This document shows, in pieces, positions 57,495 through 64,000 of a stretch of DNA of 64,000 bases (the first letter of the stretch is position 1; each line of letters starts with the position of its first letter). A program made the position numbers and the translations under genes. The stretch is taken from NCBI GenBank assembly GCA_963727775.1, contig CAVSHB010000001.1, positions 128,001-192,000 on the forward strand. Reading direction: 5' to 3'. This stretch comes from an uncultured Nitrospiraceae bacterium. GTDB taxonomy: Bacteria; Nitrospirota; Thermodesulfovibrionia; Thermodesulfovibrionales; SM23-35. The notes under the pieces were generated by a model. That model ran no database searches. It was not told the DNA's origin and saw only the letters and a list, made by a program, of their open reading frames with translations.

Positions 57495-59369
57495 ATGAGT
57501 GAATATAAGGAATATTCCATATGCACTGATGCTCAGCTAACCCTGAAAAAGGCCCGTGAAGACGGTGTGGAAACCGCCTGGGACAGATTGAAAAAACAGG
57601 AACCCCAGTGTGGTTATTGTGAATTAGGTGTCTCATGCCGCATCTGCGTTATGGGCCCGTGCAGGATTGATCCCTTTGGTGAAGGCCCGCAGCGAGGGGT
57701 ATGCGGCGCAGACGCCGAAATCATTGTTGCGAGAAATCTGGCCCGTATGATTGCAGCCGGCGCAGCTTCCCATTCAGACCATGGCCGTGACCTCCTGGAA
57801 GTGCTCCATAAAATCGGAATGGGCAAGGCACCCGGATATGGAATAAAAGACCCGGAAAAATTAAAACGCATAGCCGCAGAGCACGGTGTCAATACGGCAA
57901 ATCTGAGCAACGAAGAGATCGCAAAAGGACTTGCAGAAGCCATGATGGAAGATTACGGAATGAAAAAGCAAAGGATCACCTTTATCAACAGGGCCCCTAA
58001 ACAGAGGATCGAGCTCTGGGAAAAATTAAGGGTAATCCCCCGGGGGATAGACAGGGAGACTTCGGAACTCATGCACCGCACGCACATGGGAGTGGACAAC
58101 GATTATATATCCTTGCTGCTTAATACTGTGAAGAACAGTCTTTCAGACGGTTACGGCGGATCGATGATCGGGACCGAAGTGTCGGACATTATTTTCGGGA
58201 CGCCAAAGCCGGGCTTTTCCGAGGTCAATCTCGGGGTATTAAAAGAGGACCAGGTGAATATCCTTGTGCACGGCCACAGTCCTGTTGTTTCGGAAATGAT
58301 AGGCCTTGCGGTTGATGATAAGGAAATGATCAAGCTTGCAAAATCCAAAGGTGCAAACGGGATCAATCTCGCGGGGCTCTGTTGCACCGGCAACGAATTA
58401 ATGATGAGAAAGAAGATACCGATGGCCGGGAACCACCTAATGACTGAACTGACCATGGTGACAGGCGCGGTCGAATCTATTATCGTGGATTATCAGTGCA
58501 TCATGCCTTCTCTGGGGCAGGTGGCGCAGTGCTACCATACCAAACTGTATTCTACTTCGGATAAGGCCAAATTCCCCTTTATGCAACATGTTGAATTTAC
58601 CCCTGAGAACGCAAAAGGACAGGCGTACAAGATCGTGAAGGAATCGATAGAAAACTTCCCGCGCAGGAACAAAGATAAAATTTTCATCCCGGTTGCTCCG
58701 GTCAAGACTATGACCGGCTTTTCCGTGGAAGCCATTCTGGAAGCGCTTGGCGGAAGTCTCACCCCGCTGATTGATGCGATTAAAGCTGGAAAAATCAAAG
58801 GGGCCGTTGGAGTGGTTGGTTGCAACAACCCGAAGATCAAGCAGGATTACGGTCACGTAGGGCTCATCAAAAGGCTTATCACAAATGATATTCTGGTCCT
58901 CACTACAGGGTGTGTGAATGTGGCTGCCGGTAAGGCAGGATTACAGGTGCCTGAGGCAAAAGAGCTTGCGGGCCCGGGGTTAAAAGAGATATGCGGCCTC
59001 CTGAACATTCCCCCTTCTCTTCATGTCGGCTCGTGTGTGGATAATTCGAGGATCATTGCAATCGCCTGCGCATTGGCCAATGCCATTGGGGTTGATATCG
59101 ACAAACTTCCCCTTGCCGCGGCTGCTCCCGAATGGTATTCGGAGAAGGCGGCAACAATCGCTTTTTATGCCATGGCCAGCGGGGTTTTTACCGTGCTCGG
59201 TGTGATGCCGCCTATTTTGGGAAGCAAGAAGATTACCGAGCTTGCCACCTCGGGATTGAATGACGTTTTCGGAGCGTGCTTTGCTGTAGAGCCCGATCCT
59301 GAAAAGGCTGCAGACCTCATAACCGCGCATATCATTGCGAAAAGAAAAGGCTTAGGTTTAAGCGTATAG
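57495..59369 (+). CDS. cooS: Anaerobic Ni-Fe carbon monoxide dehydrogenase catalytic subunit
   Basis: CRICVMGPC, HSDH, VHGH, CCTGNE, VGCNN, TTGC, GSCVDN, EWYSEKA. Confidence 0.97.
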   Translation: MSEYKEYSICTDAQLTLKKAREDGVETAWDRLKKQEPQCGYCELGVSCRICVMGPCRIDPFGEGPQRGVCGADAEIIVARNLARMIAAGAASHSDHGRDLLEVLHKIGMGKAPGYGIKDPEKLKRIAAEHGVNTANLSNEEIAKGLAEAMMEDYGMKKQRITFINRAPKQRIELWEKLRVIPRGIDRETSELMHRTHMGVDNDYISLLLNTVKNSLSDGYGGSMIGTEVSDIIFGTPKPGFSEVNLGVLKEDQVNILVHGHSPVVSEMIGLAVDDKEMIKLAKSKGANGINLAGLCCTGNELMMRKKIPMAGNHLMTELTMVTGAVESIIVDYQCIMPSLGQVAQCYHTKLYSTSDKAKFPFMQHVEFTPENAKGQAYKIVKESIENFPRRNKDKIFIPVAPVKTMTGFSVEAILEALGGSLTPLIDAIKAGKIKGAVGVVGCNNPKIKQDYGHVGLIKRLITNDILVLTTGCVNVAAGKAGLQVPEAKELAGPGLKEICGLLNIPPSLHVGSCVDNSRIIAIACALANAIGVDIDKLPLAAAAPEWYSEKAATIAFYAMASGVFTVLGVMPPILGSKKITELATSGLNDVFGACFAVEPDPEKAADLITAHIIAKRKGLGLSV

Positions 59370-59401
59370 AAAAGAAAATGTAAAGATATCTGAACGCATA
59401 A

Positions 59402-59908
59402 TTCCAAGATCTCCTGATATATTCACAAGTCGATACGAAGGAGAGAGTCTTTAAACCCACAAATTGCTCGGTCGCACTGGAGTCCGCAATTCGGAGTCTT
59501 CGATCGGCCATCGAGGGAAACGAGGCTGAGGTGACATATGATTCTTTGCCTACAGTGATGGCGGATGCTTCACAAAAGAGTAGATTATTTCAAAACCTTA
59601 TCGGTAACGCGATCAAATTTCATGGTGGGAAACGCGTGAGAGTTCGTGTTTCGGCTGAAAGAAAAGGAGATGAGTGGATATTTTCCGTCCGTGATAACGG
59701 TATAGGAATTGATCCGGTGCAGGCAGACAGAATATTTGTTATTTTCCAGCGTCTTCATTCCAGAGAAGAGTACCCCGGGACGGGAATAGGATTGGCAATT
59801 TGCAAGAGAATCGTCGAACGTCACGGTGGGCGTCTTTGGGTAGATTCTGAGTTAGGGAAGGGATCGACCTTTTACTTCACACTTGCCGCTGCAAAAGAAC
59901 TTTCCTAA
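59402..59908 (+). pseudogene. 5'-truncated sensor histidine kinase (HATPase part only)
   Basis: Frame extends upstream as [12 protein letters not shown]..., then [20 protein letters not shown]; no H-box, start or RBS. Confidence 0.8.
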
Positions 59909-60777
59909 TTCGTTCTGCCTTCCTGTTTTAATTTATTTATAATCTCCTGGATCTTCGGTAAGGCTTCAATCGCCGCCTTTTCTCCTTCGAGGACCGCCTC
60001 GTGCCTCCTGGAAAAATCCGCGCTCCCTATGTAACCGACCCGGGGCTTTATAACCACGTCGGCTTTTGCGAGCTGAATAGCTGAAATCTTTGAATACATG
60101 ATGCTTATCGCCTGAAGGATTGTCTCAATCGTACTTTGCGGGGTTGATGAATCGATATCACTTGATATGTCGACAGCAATGACAATGTCGGCGCCGAGCC
60201 TTCTTGCAGCCTCGACGGCAACAGGGCTCACAACACCTCCGTCGACATACATCCTGCCTGAAATGACCGGTGGGACGAAGATACCGGGGATCGAACAGCT
60301 TGCCCTCACGGCAGTGCCTGTATTACCGCTCCCGAAGACAACCTCCTTCCCGCTCCGGATATCTGTTGCGACAGCATAAAAAGGTATCTTCAACTTTTCG
60401 ATCGGTGTGTTTCTAAGGATGTAATTTACATAGCCTTCCAGTTTCTCTCCCTTTATGAAGCCGTTGTCGGGGATCGTAAGATCGATGATATTATCTTTCT
60501 CAAGTGCGAAGGACAGCTTCTGGAGTTCGAATGCGTTGAATCCATATGCGTACAGCGACCCGACAAAGCTCCCCGCGCTTGTGCCGACTACCATATGAAC
60601 CGGGATTTTATTCTCCTCAAGGACTTTTAACACTCCGATATGCGCAAACCCTTTTGAAGCGCCGGCGCCGAGGACCACTGCGACCCTGGCCTGTTTAGAA
60701 AGCGGCCTTATCTCTTTTGGAGTACAGGAGAACAAGGAGAGAATGATCAGCAACGTTATTGAAACTTTTATTGTCAT
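59905..60777 (-). CDS. Patatin-like phospholipase lipoprotein
   Basis: Lipobox SLFSC, GAGASKG, GTSAG, DGG. Confidence 0.9.
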   Translation of the reverse strand: MTIKVSITLLIILSLFSCTPKEIRPLSKQARVAVVLGAGASKGFAHIGVLKVLEENKIPVHMVVGTSAGSFVGSLYAYGFNAFELQKLSFALEKDNIIDLTIPDNGFIKGEKLEGYVNYILRNTPIEKLKIPFYAVATDIRSGKEVVFGSGNTGTAVRASCSIPGIFVPPVISGRMYVDGGVVSPVAVEAARRLGADIVIAVDISSDIDSSTPQSTIETILQAISIMYSKISAIQLAKADVVIKPRVGYIGSADFSRRHEAVLEGEKAAIEALPKIQEIINKLKQEGRTN

Positions 60778-60973
60778 GTTTTTATTCAGCGGCATATCTA
60801 TAAAAATAATTCTTCTGGACACTGTTTGTCAAAAGAATGTTCATGGAAAATTGAGCAGACAGTCAACTTAAAACTTGCAGGGTGTCTGTTTACCTCCAAT
60901 ACTATCCGGCTTATGGTGAAATGTTTGCTATAATAAATAAATTACGGATTTTGCATTCTTCATCATATGAGAC

Positions 60974-62035
60974 ATGGAAGATAAAGATAAAACTGAAAGT
61001 CCATCTGAAGGCGAATCGTCAAGATCAAAAGCCGTTTCTAAATATCCCGTTCAGGACACGAAGCTGGTCACCCCTCTGGCAATTACTCTGGTGGTCATGC
61101 TTATCGGGATGTCGGCGTATCAAGTACTGAAATATCTGCTTTTCCCGGTCCTCTCACTTATTAAGTCAAACATTATTACCGTTCTTTTCAGCTCTTCGGT
61201 TGCAACCATTGCCGCCTATTTTATATTGCACAAGCGTCAACTCCTCCTTCAGCAGACACTAAAAGAAATTGAAGAGCGCGAGAGAGCGGAGGGGGAAGTC
61301 AAGACCCTCAATGAGGATTTGGAATACCATATTTCTCAACTGGAGGCCGCAAACAACGAACTCGAATCATTCAGTTACTCCGTATCACATGACCTCCGCG
61401 CGCCGCTTCGCCATATAATCGGGTACGTTGAACTGCTGCAAAAAAATACTTCAGAGCTTGACTCGAAGAGCCTGAGATATTTAACAACAATCTCCGATTC
61501 CGCAAAACGCATGGGTCTTCTGATCGATGATCTGCTGACCTTTTCACGGATTGGTCGCGTCGAAATGCGGAAGACGATGTTCAGCCTCGGACAACTCATC
61601 GAAGACGTCCTGAATGATTTGCAGTACGATATGAACGGACGTAAGATAACATGGGAGATAGGGCCTTTGCCAGAAGTCTATGCCGACCGTTCGCTGATGA
61701 ATCTGGTCTTTCTGAACCTGCTTGCCAATGCGATAAAGTTTACTTCTCCGCGACCCGTGGCCGAGATAGAAATCGGCACTGTCCCCAGAGCAAAGGACGA
61801 AACCGTGGTTTTTGTCCGGGATAACGGCGTCGGGTTTGATATGAAATACACAGACAAACTTTTCGGTGTGTTCCAGCGTCTTCACAGTGCCAACCGGTTT
61901 GAAGGCACAGGAATCGGGCTTGCAAATGTCCATCGCATCATTCATCGACACGGGGGAGAGACATGGGCGGAGGGAGTTGTAGACAAAGGAGCGACCTTCT
62001 TTTTTTCAATTCCGAAATCAATCAAGGGGGAATAA
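60974..62035 (+). CDS. Membrane sensor histidine kinase
   Basis: Two TMs, SYSVSHDLRAPL, NAIKF, DNGVG, GTGIGL. Confidence 0.93.
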   Translation: MEDKDKTESPSEGESSRSKAVSKYPVQDTKLVTPLAITLVVMLIGMSAYQVLKYLLFPVLSLIKSNIITVLFSSSVATIAAYFILHKRQLLLQQTLKEIEERERAEGEVKTLNEDLEYHISQLEAANNELESFSYSVSHDLRAPLRHIIGYVELLQKNTSELDSKSLRYLTTISDSAKRMGLLIDDLLTFSRIGRVEMRKTMFSLGQLIEDVLNDLQYDMNGRKITWEIGPLPEVYADRSLMNLVFLNLLANAIKFTSPRPVAEIEIGTVPRAKDETVVFVRDNGVGFDMKYTDKLFGVFQRLHSANRFEGTGIGLANVHRIIHRHGGETWAEGVVDKGATFFFSIPKSIKGE

Positions 62036-62503
62036 ATGATCTCTGAACTTAAACGTATTTTGTTAGCTGAGGATGACCCAAGGGATGTAGAGCTTATATT
62101 GGAAGCTTTGGGAGATTACAATCTGGCGAACGAGGTGATCGTGGCCAGCGACGGCGAGGAAGCACTGGATTACCTGTACTGCCGTGGAAAATTCAATACC
62201 CGTCCGAGCGGTAACCCGGCTGTAGTGCTTCTGGACCTGAAGATGCCGAAGGTAAGCGGTACGGAGGTGTTGAAACAAATCAGGTCCGATGATAATCTGA
62301 AGATGATCCCGATAGTAGTGCTGACTTCCTCGCGGGAGGAAAAGGACTGGATAGAAAGTTATCAGCTTGGGATAAATGCCTATGTTGTAAAGCCTGTTGA
62401 TTTCCACGAATTTGTCGAGGCAGTCAAAGACCTTGGAGTATTCTGGGCGGTAATAAACGAACCCCCGCCGGGCAGCGTCAGGAGTGTAAGAAAAAAAAGA
62501 TAA
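62036..62503 (+). CDS. Single-domain response regulator (Rcp1-like)
   Basis: LLAEDD, LLDLKMPK, VLTSS, YVVKPVDF. Confidence 0.93.
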   Translation: MISELKRILLAEDDPRDVELILEALGDYNLANEVIVASDGEEALDYLYCRGKFNTRPSGNPAVVLLDLKMPKVSGTEVLKQIRSDDNLKMIPIVVLTSSREEKDWIESYQLGINAYVVKPVDFHEFVEAVKDLGVFWAVINEPPPGSVRSVRKKR

Positions 62504-62564
62504 ATAAAATATCTCCTCTTTATCCTTGCCTTTTCCCGCCGCGGGGTAGAGGTTTCTGAGTAAT

Positions 62565-62602
62565 CCTCTGCCGTCTCCGCCTGAGCTTGGAGACGGCAGA
62601 GG
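62565..62602. terminator. 14-bp GC-rich hairpin between convergent genes
   Basis: CCTCTGCCGTCTCC-N10-GGAGACGGCAGAGG; no clear U-tract. Confidence 0.45.
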
Positions 62603-62644
62603 TATGGGGAGGGTCTTAATATATTGATTATAAAAAGACTCTGA

Positions 62645-63112
62645 TTATGCGCTCTGGGTGGAGAGGAATATCTGCAATGTCATTTGGCTGATCTGGTCTG
62701 TGAGCGCCTCAATTCCGTCGATGTGCTGGTCTTCCTGTTTCAGAATGCCTTCGAGCAGGTCACGCGTTGCAAAGTCACCCACTTCCCCGCAGAGGACAAT
62801 AGCGGCGTTATAAGCCTTTATTGCCGTCAATTCCAACGCATGGTCGTTATTGAGCTGATCCGGAACAACAGCGCCTATGTGCATTGTCTTCAAGTTGCTC
62901 ACAATAGGAATCCCTTCGAGGAAGAGTATTCTGCCGATCAGTTTCTCTGCGTGTTTCATCTCATCTATGGCGCGTTTTTCAAAATGCTGGTGGAGTTTCT
63001 CATATCCCCAGTTATCGCTCATCTCCGCGTGCACCATATACTGGTTGACGGCGGTCAACTCGTCCGCAAGCAGAGAGTTCAGCGTCCCGATAAGTTTCTC
63101 ATTACCTTTCAT
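62645..63112 (-). CDS. bfr: Bacterioferritin
   Basis: MKG..., ELTAVNQY..H, DEMKHA, RILFLEG. Confidence 0.95.
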   Translation of the reverse strand: MKGNEKLIGTLNSLLADELTAVNQYMVHAEMSDNWGYEKLHQHFEKRAIDEMKHAEKLIGRILFLEGIPIVSNLKTMHIGAVVPDQLNNDHALELTAIKAYNAAIVLCGEVGDFATRDLLEGILKQEDQHIDGIEALTDQISQMTLQIFLSTQSA

Positions 63113-63468
63113 TACGGCCTCCTTTTGGTTGTTCTGGTTATTAAACGGTTTTGCCCAAGCGTTGCCTTTCTATCGCTTGATTCCATCCATTTGAAAAGAT
63201 TATATCCGCCGAATAACCGGTTGTCAAACAATTAGTTATGGACTGGATATAGATTCGGGGATGGCGCTTAATCCCGAGGTTTTTACTGGAGACTCGTCAG
63301 GATCAGTCGCTGGAGCCTCACCTGGTTATTATGCTCTTCGGTCTTGAACGTGAGGTAGTCTTTCTTGTCCATTATGTTTTGTCTAAATTGCTGAAGCAGG
63401 GATAAAAGCATCGGGATGCTGAAAGTATTTTTGGAGCCTTCAAGCCGGGAAGTTAATCGGATAGTTCC

Positions 63469-63918
63469 CTACATCTTGATGATCGCCTTCGAATATTTGT
63501 CAGACAATGGATCATATCCGGGTGCGGGACTAAAGTTTTCATTCAGGACTTTTAATCCTGCAATTTTTGATATATCAAATGGCCTCCAATAGGGCAAGCT
63601 TTTGTAATGGCTTGAATAGCCTGAAACCTGGAAAGAATCTACTCGTATTTTTCCGTTGGAGCTGACATAGATCGCGTGGGGGCATACTATTCTTGTCCCG
63701 GCTCCCTTGTAGTTTAATTCGACCTTACACTTAAGCTTGATTGCCTCGGCAATCTGATTTTGAATATACGTCCCGTGTTCACTGCCTTGCAATGAGCTCT
63801 GTTCTGATTCTGAAATATCGTCTGCCAATTCAGGGCGGGATTTGAGGATAGCGAAGGATTTTAAATATTGTATCCACTTTGAGAATAGGGATTTGGTTAT
63901 AAAGATTTCAGACAGCAT
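63469..63918 (-). CDS. Stand-alone WYL-like domain protein
   Basis: IAEAIK....VELNY...RIVCPHAI...WRPFDISKI..L.VL...F; GGAGG RBS. Confidence 0.65.
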   Translation of the reverse strand: MLSEIFITKSLFSKWIQYLKSFAILKSRPELADDISESEQSSLQGSEHGTYIQNQIAEAIKLKCKVELNYKGAGTRIVCPHAIYVSSNGKIRVDSFQVSGYSSHYKSLPYWRPFDISKIAGLKVLNENFSPAPGYDPLSDKYSKAIIKM

Positions 63919-64000
63919 TATGCCTCCCTTGAATCTAACAGCCAATAGTGATTTAAACTAATGCTGATTATATCACAATAATGCTTGATGTCAAGGTTTG

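Noticed and set aside
63283..63372. Short minus-strand ORF MDKKDYLTFK...
   Set aside because: 29 aa, no RBS or recognisable family; cannot be supported
1..64000. CRISPR array or cas genes
   Set aside because: No regularly spaced direct repeats with unique spacers and no cas-like ORFs were seen

Overview
Chromosomal segment (about 45% GC by eye) of an anaerobic diderm bacterium. Gene content suggests Nitrospirota (Thermodesulfovibrionia-like) or Desulfobacterota; this is inference only. Core genes include hom, lipA, mazG, rnr, radA, rnc-fabF-acpP-fabG, a probable Re-citrate synthase with isocitrate dehydrogenase, mdh, ndk, tRNA-Val(GAC), an OPX/beta-barrel/Wzc/ligase exopolysaccharide export block, znuCB-like genes, an FNOR-cooF-cooS CO dehydrogenase operon and bfr. 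Three accessory zones interrupt them. (1) 5.3-12 kb: a HEPN-motif gene split by an IS21 element, which is itself split by an IS1634 element (both with target-site duplications), next to a dead RAYT gene bounded by 20-bp inverted repeats. (2) 21.3-29.7 kb: copper ATPase, a Met-rich protein, gene relics and a UV/oxidative-stress-like cluster. (3) 38.6-42.3 kb: a decayed defence islet after tRNA-Val. The most striking signal is in zone 3. A 50-bp palindromic element (TA...TA ends, net 48 bp) sits twice, in frame, inside an intact restriction-modification gene and adds the peptide N-x-x-HPPL-x-LRGGEGGV each time. Related palindromes flank, and supply the RBS/ATG of, an internally deleted DUF559-like endonuclease gene immediately next door. 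This is a candidate nuclease-associated, frame-preserving mobile repeat system. No CRISPR array or rRNA was seen.
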